From: Flavobacteriales bacterium
GTDB lineage: Bacteria; Bacteroidota; Bacteroidia; CAIKAF01
Assembly (NCBI GenBank): GCA_025451235.1
Contig: JANWKT010000020.1
Span: 48,032 to 112,031 of the forward strand
Length of the DNA stretch: 64,000 bases
Direction: 5' to 3'
Made by a program: the position numbers and the translations under genes. This document shows, piece after piece, positions 18,756 to 27,658 of this stretch. Position 1 is the stretch's first letter, and every line of letters starts with the position of its first letter. Below the pieces are notes generated by a model. It had not been told where the DNA came from and made no database searches. It saw only the letters and a program-made list of their open reading frames with translations.

Positions 18756-21113
18756 ATGGGATTCAACAAATACCTGGGATTTTTCTTTATTTTTTGGCTG
18801 GGCCTTGTATCCTCCTTTTCTCAGAAAGCCAGCATTTATGGAACCGCTGTTGATACCCTGAGCGGGGAAAAGTTGATCGGAGTAACAATATCAGTAAATG
18901 GTAAACCCGTTTCCAATACGGATATTGGGGGGAAATTCGCTATTGAACTGGATTCCGGGACCTATATACTTTCGTTCAATGTATTGGGCTATAAAACATT
19001 TGAAGAACAGATCACACTTGCAGCCGGTGAAAAGAAAGAAATGAAAATCCTCATGAAGGATGCGCCCAAAGAGATGGGAACCTATGTGGTATCAGGTAGC
19101 CGGTATGACAAGGATATCAGTAAAGAAACCATTTCCATGGATGTGATATCCGCTCAGTTGATCAAAAATACCAATTCCATTGATGTTGCTGAAGTGGTCA
19201 ACCGGGTACCCGGTGTACAGATTACTGACGGGCAGGCCTCCATACGTGGGGGGGCTGGCTATTCTTATGGTGTGGGTTCGAGGGTTAACTTTTTGCTGGA
19301 TGGGATCCCTTTGATTGCGGGTGACCTCGGAAATGTTGAATGGAATCTGGTACCGATTGAAAACATCAGTCAGGTGGAAGTAATGAAAGGTGCTTCATCG
19401 GTTTTCTATGGAAGCGGATCATTGAATGGAGTGATCAATGTAATTACCGATTGGCCCACCGCCAAACCTTCTACAAGCATCAGCGTATATTCACAATTAT
19501 TCGGAGATCCCAGAAGATCGGATACCAAATGGTGGAGCTCAACCGAGCAACCCATGGCTACCGGGGTGTTCTTTAATCATTCCAGGCAGATCAAAGAAAA
19601 TACAGACCTGGTAATAGGAGGAAATTTTCATATCGACCGAAGCCCCTTACAAGGAAATAGCCAAACCAGGGGTAGGATCAATTTCAAGTTTAGACATAGG
19701 TTTAAAAAAACTCCCGGTCTTTCTATTGGACTTAATGGAAATTTTATGTTTGAAAGGGCCGGTCGTTTTGTATTGTGGCAAAATGCGAATGAGGGAATTT
19801 ACCGACCCACTTTTTCTTCAGATGATAAATATTATTTTCTTGTATTGGATCCGCATCTGAAATATTTCGACAAAAAGGGCAACAAACATGCCGTAACGAT
19901 GAGATATTATCGAAAATTTAGGTACGGATTTGATGGGGATATTGATGCTGTTGCCAATAATCTCTTACTGGATTATCAGTACCAGCGTAAATTCATCAAG
20001 AACATGTTCACAGTAACCGCTGGTGCTTACGTAAATTATGGATGGATCCAAAGCAATTTATTTCCGGATAGCCTTCAGCTGGATTCAAATGGAAATGCCA
20101 ATCATTTTTTTCAAACCTATGCAGCCGCAGCATTTGCGCAACTCGAATTTAATTATAGAAGGTGGAGTGTGGTAGCGGGTGTAAGGTACGAGTTAAACGG
20201 AGCTGACTTCCTGGTAGAAGGATCTTTGCCTGTATTTCGGGGTGGAATTAATTTTAGAGCTGCTAAACGAACTTTTTTACGTGGTTCCTTCGGACAATCT
20301 TATCGCATTCCTTCTTTGGGAGAAAGATTTATCAGAGCTGAATTGGTCCCGGGATTTTATGTACTGCCTAACTATGGCCTTAAACCTGAACGGGGATGGA
20401 GTACGGAATTAGGGGTCAGGCAAGAATTCAATATCACCAAAAAATGGACGGGTTATGCCGACCTGGCTCTTTATTGGATGGAATATACTGATATGATACA
20501 GTACAACGTAGGAAACTATCCACCTGATGGTATCGGCTTCAAAGCTTTTAATATTAGTCAGGCAAGGATCATGGGATTTGAATTCACGGTGGGAGGAAAA
20601 GGGAATATAGGACCTGTACAAGTGAACGCCTATGGAGGATATAATTATTGCTTTCCGGCAAACCTTTCCTCACATCCCGGATTGAATAATCTGGGAAATT
20701 ACCTGGATACTATGTTCAGGTATTTTGGAAACCATTTGCTCGATAGCAGTTCATTCAATGATATGTTGCTCCCTTTCCGCAATCGACATACGTTAAGAGC
20801 AGATGTGGATCTTATGTGGAAGAATATAAGTGTAGGATCTACTTTTTATTTTATGAGCACCTATGAATATATTGATCCGAATTTTATCTTCATGGAAATA
20901 GCCATTATTGATTTTATCAATCCATGGATCACCACCCATAAAGGTTATAGAGGAGATTTTACGATGGACGTGAGGGCATCTTACCATTTTAAAAAGATCA
21001 ACACCAAGGTCAGTTTCCTCATTAAGAACCTTACCAATCTCGACTATATGGCACGCCCAGGAGTAATGAATCCTCCACGAAGCTTTAATGTGAGGCTGGA
21101 TTTCAATTTTTAG
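18756..21113 (+). CDS. TonB-dependent outer-membrane receptor with N-terminal CarboxypepD_reg domain
   Basis: Signal peptide. CarboxypepD_reg domain, plug region, and a long beta-barrel ending in terminal Phe (…RLDFNF). A TAAATTTG -7 motif lies only 5 nt before the ATG. Confidence 0.85.
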   Translation: MGFNKYLGFFFIFWLGLVSSFSQKASIYGTAVDTLSGEKLIGVTISVNGKPVSNTDIGGKFAIELDSGTYILSFNVLGYKTFEEQITLAAGEKKEMKILMKDAPKEMGTYVVSGSRYDKDISKETISMDVISAQLIKNTNSIDVAEVVNRVPGVQITDGQASIRGGAGYSYGVGSRVNFLLDGIPLIAGDLGNVEWNLVPIENISQVEVMKGASSVFYGSGSLNGVINVITDWPTAKPSTSISVYSQLFGDPRRSDTKWWSSTEQPMATGVFFNHSRQIKENTDLVIGGNFHIDRSPLQGNSQTRGRINFKFRHRFKKTPGLSIGLNGNFMFERAGRFVLWQNANEGIYRPTFSSDDKYYFLVLDPHLKYFDKKGNKHAVTMRYYRKFRYGFDGDIDAVANNLLLDYQYQRKFIKNMFTVTAGAYVNYGWIQSNLFPDSLQLDSNGNANHFFQTYAAAAFAQLEFNYRRWSVVAGVRYELNGADFLVEGSLPVFRGGINFRAAKRTFLRGSFGQSYRIPSLGERFIRAELVPGFYVLPNYGLKPERGWSTELGVRQEFNITKKWTGYADLALYWMEYTDMIQYNVGNYPPDGIGFKAFNISQARIMGFEFTVGGKGNIGPVQVNAYGGYNYCFPANLSSHPGLNNLGNYLDTMFRYFGNHLLDSSSFNDMLLPFRNRHTLRADVDLMWKNISVGSTFYFMSTYEYIDPNFIFMEIAIIDFINPWITTHKGYRGDFTMDVRASYHFKKINTKVSFLIKNLTNLDYMARPGVMNPPRSFNVRLDFNF

Positions 21114-21164
21114 TACAATCTATCGGTAATTACAACGTTCATATTTCACAGTAACCCGAAAATA

Positions 21165-21590
21165 ATGAAGGGAATCTTTTTTATTATATTGGTTTTTATC
21201 TTAACCACTTCATTGGTACATACCCAAGTATTTATAGAAATTGAGGGAGAAGACAAAAGTGAGCTTCGAGGTACTAATATTCGAGGAGGATGTCCAATAC
21301 CCATACTTCCAGAATATCCAGGAGGCATAGACAGCTTACACGCATTTCTTAATCGAAATCTTACCTTACCAAAACCTGATACCTGTCAGGAAGAAAAAAT
21401 CTGGATTGTTTTTACCATTGATTCCACTGGTCAAGTCGTCGATATTTCGTCAGTAAGAGGAGGTTGTAAAGCATATATTGATGAAGCTATCAGAGTATTT
21501 TCTATCATGCCCAAATGGATACCAGGTAAATCCAGTGGTAAACCAACAAAAGTACAATATCGGCTTCCTATCATTTTTAAAAAGGAATAA
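21165..21590 (+). CDS. Secreted protein consisting only of a TonB C-terminal-like domain
   Basis: Signal peptide plus PEYPGG…IWIVFTIDSTGQVVDISSVRGG… (TonB_C-like). It has no TM anchor or proline-rich spacer. Confidence 0.55.
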   Translation: MKGIFFIILVFILTTSLVHTQVFIEIEGEDKSELRGTNIRGGCPIPILPEYPGGIDSLHAFLNRNLTLPKPDTCQEEKIWIVFTIDSTGQVVDISSVRGGCKAYIDEAIRVFSIMPKWIPGKSSGKPTKVQYRLPIIFKKE

Positions 21591-21625
21591 AAATTGGACA
21601 TTCCACATGTGCAGACAGTGGTCCA

Positions 21626-21776
21626 TTTATTTTTTGTCAATACCGTTTGTCATCTCGACCTGGATCGGGGAGAATGGCTTGCAGGGAGTGGAGAGATCTC
21701 AAATTTAACGATGAGATTTCTCCACTCGCCGCAGGCAGATCACCCATGGCTGGGTCGAAATGACAAAAAATAAAAG
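21626..21776. repeat. ~150 bp nested inverted-repeat element (outer arms ~22 bp, inner 16-bp stem)
   Basis: Outer arm tttattttttgtca…tctcgacc pairs with ggtcgaaatgacaaaaaataaa (21753-21774), with a 13-nt bulge in the left arm. The inner stem ggagtggagagatctca/tgagatttctccactc has one mismatch around a 10-nt loop. Confidence 0.5.
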
Positions 21777-21779
21777 CCT

Positions 21780-22979
21780 GTGCCGCGTATTTTTCCTACC
21801 TTGCTCCCAACCCCAATCAATCTTTCTATGTCCACCGTTGATATTATACCCCTCACAGCACTGGTCGTTTTTGTTTTCACCGGATTCTTCATGGCCAAGA
21901 TCAAATTATCCAAAATAAAAAAATGGATCATCTCCATCACATTGATGTCATCATCGATGATCATGATATTTGTGTATTTCAATCAGCTGGCTCCCCGTTA
22001 CAGAGATGCATTTTGCATCAATGAAATTACTTATTTCAAGGGGCCTAATGGAAACCTCATCCTTGTTCAACACAATGCATCCGTTCCTTCCAAAGTTTCG
22101 ATCTCCTATTCCAGGTTAAGTGTGTTGGATGCTGAAACCGGAAAGATCATGCATACTGTTGTAGCAGGTCCTTCCATGAGTAACAAAAAAGAATTGTTCC
22201 TGGAATTGGTAACCGATGATAAGATCTGGTATAGCAGTTATAAGTTTGGCTTACATGCCCGGGATCCATATACGGGCAAAATTGTATCAACGGAAAAGGA
22301 CATTATAAAAAGATACCCTCAATTGAACGGATCAACCAAAGTGCAGGTAAAAACGGATGATGGTTACTTGTTCGAATCAAAGCCACCCGATTTTAACCTC
22401 AAAATGATCTCTTATCCTCGCAATAAACTCAATAGTGGTGAAAGCTTTATTCAAGCCGATCGGGAACCACATCATTCTACCTATCAATATATTTCTGCCG
22501 AGGTGCTTGAAGAACATTTGTATAACTTGGATACTTCCTATTTTCGGTTAGCCTGGGATCATGGTATTGCCATTATGGACGCAGAAAAAGGATTCTGCTT
22601 TGAAAATAACGACAAAGATGACCGTGATGTGATGCAACTTATGCTGGCACGTAATACAAAATATGGATATAAGCAGGATAGTTGCCTAAATAACGAACTG
22701 AACCTGAGAAGTCCTTTTATCATCGAAAATTATTTATTGAAAAATCCCAAAAGTCTATTGGTAGGCCATTATGGTTATGATGAAAAGAGGGATATTCAAT
22801 TTTTGATGAGTAGAATAGACCTGGATGGTAATATCTTATGGACCCTCAAACAACATGAGTTAGGCGGAGAACCCAATATTTTTAGTTTAAATAATGGAAT
22901 TTTATATTTAGCCATCAAAGGCAAACTGGTAGCTATTGATCCGAATACAGGAAGTAAAAAATGGTCAATACAGCTTTGA
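21780..22979 (+). CDS. Hypothetical membrane-anchored protein with a C-terminal PQQ/beta-propeller-like region; start uncertain (alternative ATG at 21828)
   Basis: Two N-terminal hydrophobic segments. C-terminal …DGNILWTLKQ…LYLAIKGKLVAIDPNTGSKKWS is PQQ-repeat-like. Confidence 0.5.
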   Translation: MPRIFPTLLPTPINLSMSTVDIIPLTALVVFVFTGFFMAKIKLSKIKKWIISITLMSSSMIMIFVYFNQLAPRYRDAFCINEITYFKGPNGNLILVQHNASVPSKVSISYSRLSVLDAETGKIMHTVVAGPSMSNKKELFLELVTDDKIWYSSYKFGLHARDPYTGKIVSTEKDIIKRYPQLNGSTKVQVKTDDGYLFESKPPDFNLKMISYPRNKLNSGESFIQADREPHHSTYQYISAEVLEEHLYNLDTSYFRLAWDHGIAIMDAEKGFCFENNDKDDRDVMQLMLARNTKYGYKQDSCLNNELNLRSPFIIENYLLKNPKSLLVGHYGYDEKRDIQFLMSRIDLDGNILWTLKQHELGGEPNIFSLNNGILYLAIKGKLVAIDPNTGSKKWSIQL

Positions 22980-22984
22980 TAAAA

Positions 22985-24037
22985 CTATGGTTGACTAAAA
23001 GCGGGATTTGCTATGAAATCCGGATCGGTCAATGTTTTCAAAAAGTTGATGAGGTCGATTTTTTCCTGTGCCGTTAAATTCAATCCGGGTTGCTGACTTC
23101 CAGGTAAGTGTTTCATCAAAGGGTCTACGGTACTGCTTTCGATCCCGCCCTGATCGTAATGATTCACTACATCGTCTAAGGTAGCAAAGCGACCGTCATG
23201 CATATAGGGGGCAGTTAACTCAATATTGCGCAAAGTGGGCACCTTGAATTTTCCTCGATCGGAAAGCAATCCGGTTACATCCATTCTTCCATCATCTGTC
23301 ATCGAAGCATCACTATCAAGCCCGTTATTCCTAAACTGATTATCTGTTGCCAATCCATTGGTGAGTGTATGACAATGAAAACAATCTCCTTTTTCGGTGT
23401 TATAAATAACAAGGCCGTTTAGTTCAGAAGTCGTTAGATTTACCTCCTCTCGGACAAATTTATCAAACTTGCTATTACCGCTTATCATCGTCCTTAAAAA
23501 CTGGGCAATCGCTTTGGAAACGTGTACCGAATCAATCACATCAATATCAAATGCCTGTTTAAACAGGTCACGATAGGTGGCAGATGCATTCAGTTCTGCT
23601 TCCACCTCAGGCCAGGTAGTATTCATTTCTATCGGGTTGGTTACTGGCCCATAGATCTGGTTTTCCAACGAGCTTGCTCTTCCATCCCAGAAAAATTCTG
23701 TGCCCCAGGCCAGGTTAATGGTGGCCATGGAGTTCCGGTCGCCTGCAAACCCATCAACTCCTATACTATATTGTAAACCATCATCCGTAAATCCATAGGA
23801 TTGTACATGACAATTGGCGCATGACTGAGCATCATTTTTAGAGAGAAGAGGGTCGTAAAATAATCTTCTTCCCAATTCTATTCCTTCCACCGTCATCGGA
23901 TTATCAGCCGGAAGTGTAGGCGTAATAAACCCAACGGGAACCTGAAAGGTATAGGGTGTGGTGGCTGGTTCCTTCTCACAACTGGTGAAAATAAAAGCAC
24001 CTGTAAGTCCTAATAATATGAATGCTCGTTTATCCAT
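22985..24037 (-). CDS. ccp: Di-haem cytochrome c peroxidase (CCP/MauG family)
   Basis: Lipoprotein signal. Two CxxCH motifs (CANCH, CFHCH) with spacing typical of bacterial CCP. Confidence 0.85.
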   Translation of the reverse strand: MDKRAFILLGLTGAFIFTSCEKEPATTPYTFQVPVGFITPTLPADNPMTVEGIELGRRLFYDPLLSKNDAQSCANCHVQSYGFTDDGLQYSIGVDGFAGDRNSMATINLAWGTEFFWDGRASSLENQIYGPVTNPIEMNTTWPEVEAELNASATYRDLFKQAFDIDVIDSVHVSKAIAQFLRTMISGNSKFDKFVREEVNLTTSELNGLVIYNTEKGDCFHCHTLTNGLATDNQFRNNGLDSDASMTDDGRMDVTGLLSDRGKFKVPTLRNIELTAPYMHDGRFATLDDVVNHYDQGGIESSTVDPLMKHLPGSQQPGLNLTAQEKIDLINFLKTLTDPDFIANPAFSQP

Positions 24038-24077
24038 GATCTAAACAATAAACGAATATACGAAGAAGGTTTGATTG

Positions 24078-24154
24078 TTCGAAGTTTGAGGTTTGATAAA
24101 TTATATACAAGTTTGAACTTCAAACCTTGTCAAACATCAAACCTAGAAGTTCGA
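24078..24154. promoter_or_regulatory. Array of GTTTGA heptamers (3 direct, 4 inverted) forming a large imperfect palindrome with an inner 7-1-7 palindrome gtttgaa-c-ttcaaac
   Basis: Read directly. It sits between the stop of the 24143 gene and the ccp start, so it is either a terminator or an operator. Confidence 0.35.
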
Positions 24155-24664
24155 CCTGGCCTCTTCTTTTATAAAGTCAATGGCCAGTTGGGTAGGCATT
24201 TTATCCAGTTGCATGCTTAATTCGAGTACCATTTTGCTCAATTCTACCCCTTTGGCATTATCATTCACTTTTGATGCGGCAATATTGATCAGCTTAATGG
24301 TCTCTTCTTTGGCTCTTTTAACGGCTTCCCAGGCCCCTTTTGAAATATATACTTGCTGGGTAAGGTTATGCTCATACTCGGCCCTAATAGAGGTTAAGAG
24401 CTCCTGATGCATCTGTGCGGCAGTGCCATTGGCATTATTCATCCGCATCACCAGACTTTGGGGGGTGATCCTTTCCAATAAGAGTATCATTCTTTCATAG
24501 GCCTGCAACCTGATGGGAAGTACCGTACTTTGCTGGTCCTGCTTGCCTTTTACCACCTGCGACCTTAATTGGGTATCCAATTGTTTTCTTAATACAAAAT
24601 ATACCGCCAGAAATACAATGGCTGAGGGTAAAATGTATTTGAGAATGTCTAAAAGATCTTCCAT
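24143..24664 (-). CDS. Hypothetical protein with N-terminal TM helix
   Basis: ORF with a hydrophobic N-terminus. I recognised no family. Confidence 0.45.
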   Translation of the reverse strand: MEDLLDILKYILPSAIVFLAVYFVLRKQLDTQLRSQVVKGKQDQQSTVLPIRLQAYERMILLLERITPQSLVMRMNNANGTAAQMHQELLTSIRAEYEHNLTQQVYISKGAWEAVKRAKEETIKLINIAASKVNDNAKGVELSKMVLELSMQLDKMPTQLAIDFIKEEARSNF

Positions 24665-24795
24665 AGAATCGTTGAATTGGTTGCTAAAATAAGGGTTTTA
24701 ATCATATAATGCAGTATTTGAATAAAAGATACAATCTGGTTAATATTTGGTCGAATAGAAATTTTACTTACCATTGTGAAGGTAAATTAATATTC

Positions 24796-25989
24796 ATGGT
24801 TCACTTTTCAAGACGGCTTCTTCAAATGGCCGAGTCGGAAACCCTTGCAATGGCTAGATTAAGCAGAGAATTGAAGGCGCAAGGAAAAGATATCATCAAC
24901 CTTAGCTTAGGAGAGCCTGATTTTGACACTCCAGATTACATCAAACAGGCCGCTAAAGACGCCATTGATCAGAACTATTCACATTATACACCGGTAGCTG
25001 GTTATGACGAATTGCTGGATGCCATTTGCCTCAAGTTAAAACGCGACAATGGCCTGGATTTTAAGCGATCGCAGATCATGGTCTCCACAGGAGCCAAGCA
25101 ATGTATTGCCAATCTGGTGATGGCTTGTATCGACGAAGGTGATGAGGTAATTGTTCCGGCGCCTTATTGGGTAAGCTATCGCGAGATCATTAAAATGGCC
25201 GGAGGCAAGCCGGTAGAGGTATTGGCAGGGATCGATCAGGATTTTAAAGTAAGTCCGGAGCAGGTAGAAAAAGCCATTACGAGCAAAACAAAGATGTTCA
25301 TGTTTAGTTCTCCCTGCAACCCTACCGGTTCTGTTTATAGTTACGAGGAACTGGAGTCAATCGTAAATGTATTAGCCAAATATCCTGATATTACGGTGGT
25401 ATCGGATGAAATATATGAACTCATTAATTTTGTAGGCAAACATGTAAGTATAGGGAGTTTTGATCAGATCAGCGATAGAACAGTTACCATCAACGGCTTG
25501 TCAAAGGCATTTGCGATGACCGGCTGGCGATTGGGCTACCTGGCAGCACCTGAGCCTATTGCAAAAGCCTGTATAAAAATGCAGGGTCAGTTTACCTCGG
25601 CCACCTGTTCAATTGCACAGCGGGCAGCTATTACCGCCCTGACCAATGGCCCTGAAAAGGTGAGTAATATGATTGCCGCTTTCAAAAAAAGAAATGAGCT
25701 AACACATCAACTGTTATTGGAAATTCCCAACATCATCGTTAACAATCCACAGGGAGCATTTTATTTTTTCCCGGATATCAGTTATTATATTGGAAAGAGT
25801 TTTGGTAACACTAAGATCCAAAATTCTGATGACCTAAGTATGTATCTCATACACGAGGCGAACGTATCTACGGTTCCAGGCTCTGCCTTTGGGGCGGAAA
25901 ATTATATACGTTTATCCTATGCTACTTCCGAAGATGCCATTGTCAAAGCGGTGGAGAGGATCAAAGTGGCCTTGTTGAATCTGAAATAA
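24796..25989 (+). CDS. Pyridoxal-phosphate-dependent aminotransferase, class I (aspartate aminotransferase-like)
   Basis: …LSRELKAQGKDIINLSLGEPDFDTP…, SKAFAMTGWRLGY (PLP-lysine region). Start chosen at MVHFSRRLL… to keep the conserved N-terminal helix. Confidence 0.85.
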   Translation: MVHFSRRLLQMAESETLAMARLSRELKAQGKDIINLSLGEPDFDTPDYIKQAAKDAIDQNYSHYTPVAGYDELLDAICLKLKRDNGLDFKRSQIMVSTGAKQCIANLVMACIDEGDEVIVPAPYWVSYREIIKMAGGKPVEVLAGIDQDFKVSPEQVEKAITSKTKMFMFSSPCNPTGSVYSYEELESIVNVLAKYPDITVVSDEIYELINFVGKHVSIGSFDQISDRTVTINGLSKAFAMTGWRLGYLAAPEPIAKACIKMQGQFTSATCSIAQRAAITALTNGPEKVSNMIAAFKKRNELTHQLLLEIPNIIVNNPQGAFYFFPDISYYIGKSFGNTKIQNSDDLSMYLIHEANVSTVPGSAFGAENYIRLSYATSEDAIVKAVERIKVALLNLK

Positions 25990-26151
25990 GAGTTCTCTTG
26001 GGGACTTTCGGATATCATAGCTCATTCCACTCAACCATCTACATCATTTAATCAATCAAGGGCCTTGCTTACAATATTGTTGATAATTGATGTTAAAATG
26101 CTGGTAGCTCCCATCTTCTATGCTTAAATTTGTAATTCAGATGATTCACCC

Positions 26152-26883
26152 GTGAACACAACCACCAACGTTAAGCCATATAGCACCGAAAAGTCGAAAA
26201 AGGAAGAGGTGGCAGAAATGTTCAACAACATTTCCCATCGCTATGATTTTTTAAACCGGTTTTTGTCAATGGGGGTTGATATAGGCTGGAGAAAAAAAAC
26301 CGTGAGGGCAGTTGCTACAACAAACCCGCAACGCATTCTGGACGTGGCCACAGGAACAGCCGATCTGGCCATTGCACTTCGAAAAACAGGAGCCAAGGAA
26401 ATTATCGGATGTGATATTTCGGAAGGCATGATGGCCAAAGGAAGGGAAAAAGTGATCAAAAGAGGATTAGAAGACCTGATCCATTTACAACTGGGAGATT
26501 CGGAGCATTTGCCTTTTGATGACAATAGCTTTGATGCGGTAACGGTTGCCTTTGGAGTTCGAAATTTCGAATCACCCCGGGATGGATTAAGAGAAATTAA
26601 CAGAGTATTGAAACCAGGTTGTCGGATCCATGTATTAGAATTTTCAAAACCTGAGAAATTTCCCGTTAAGCAACTCTATTCCTTTTATTTCAAAACCATT
26701 CTACCTTTCTGGGGTAGAATCATTTCCAAAGATAAAGCGGCATATACCTACCTTCCCAATTCTGTAAAGGCTTTCCCTCATGGCGAAGGCTTCCTGCAAC
26801 TGCTGGCTGAATGCGGATTTCGCTCCAATTCGGCAAAAAAGCTTACTTTTGGCATTGCATCGCTCTATATAGGCGAAAAATAA
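26152..26883 (+). CDS. ubiE: Demethylmenaquinone/ubiquinone C-methyltransferase UbiE/MenG
   Basis: VAEMFNNISHRYDFLNRFLSMGVDIGWRKKTV plus the SAM motif VLDVATGTADLA. Probable GTG start. TAAATTTG -7 motif at 26125-26132. Confidence 0.85.
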   Translation: MNTTTNVKPYSTEKSKKEEVAEMFNNISHRYDFLNRFLSMGVDIGWRKKTVRAVATTNPQRILDVATGTADLAIALRKTGAKEIIGCDISEGMMAKGREKVIKRGLEDLIHLQLGDSEHLPFDDNSFDAVTVAFGVRNFESPRDGLREINRVLKPGCRIHVLEFSKPEKFPVKQLYSFYFKTILPFWGRIISKDKAAYTYLPNSVKAFPHGEGFLQLLAECGFRSNSAKKLTFGIASLYIGEK

Positions 26884-26914
26884 ATACCTGGTTTTCCCGT
26901 TGTATTGTTCAATA

Positions 26915-27658
26915 ATGTTAACTAACAGTTTCATAAAAAGATCCCTTTTTTCTGTCGTATTCGTTGGAATTTTTATGTCTCAGCATTCCTTTGCTCAATT
27001 TACTGGTAACAAAAAACAAAAAAGAGTGGTAGGGACCAATATGCCAAAATACGACAGAAGGTTATTTCATTTTGGTATCAATATAGGAACGCAGATCACC
27101 GGGGTGGGGCTTCGAACCATTCCTGATCTAAGGGCTTTATATCCTGATACTATTTATTCCATTACTCCAGTATGGACACCTGGCTTTACAATGGGTATTG
27201 AAACCAACCTGAGATTGAATGAAAATCTTGATCTCCGGTTTACTCCACAGCTCACCCTCACCTCCCGAACATTATTATATGAACGCCCAGCCGGTAGAGT
27301 GGATAAATTTGAAATCGAGGCTACCTTCATTGAATTTCCCTTATACATAAAATTCAAAACCAATCGGATCAATAATTTCAGAGCTTATGTAATCGGTGGT
27401 GGAAAATACGTATACGATATTTCTAATAAGGTTCAAGCTGAAAACGCGGCCGACTATCCGGTGAAATTTCGTGCAAATGATGTTCAGGCGGAAATGGGAT
27501 TCGGGCTGGACTTTTATCTGCCCTATTTTAAATTTTCAACACAGATCAAAGGCTCCTGGGGATTTGTTAATTTGCATTATCCCGAAAACAATGCCTATAA
27601 TCGGGGTATTGAGGGCTTATATGCCCGAAGTATCTTTATTACTTTCCTCTTCGAATAA
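26915..27658 (+). CDS. Outer-membrane beta-barrel protein (PorT/OmpA-like small barrel family)
   Basis: Signal peptide, ~240 aa with alternating hydrophobic strands. The family call is by resemblance only. Confidence 0.5.
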   Translation: MLTNSFIKRSLFSVVFVGIFMSQHSFAQFTGNKKQKRVVGTNMPKYDRRLFHFGINIGTQITGVGLRTIPDLRALYPDTIYSITPVWTPGFTMGIETNLRLNENLDLRFTPQLTLTSRTLLYERPAGRVDKFEIEATFIEFPLYIKFKTNRINNFRAYVIGGGKYVYDISNKVQAENAADYPVKFRANDVQAEMGFGLDFYLPYFKFSTQIKGSWGFVNLHYPENNAYNRGIEGLYARSIFITFLFE

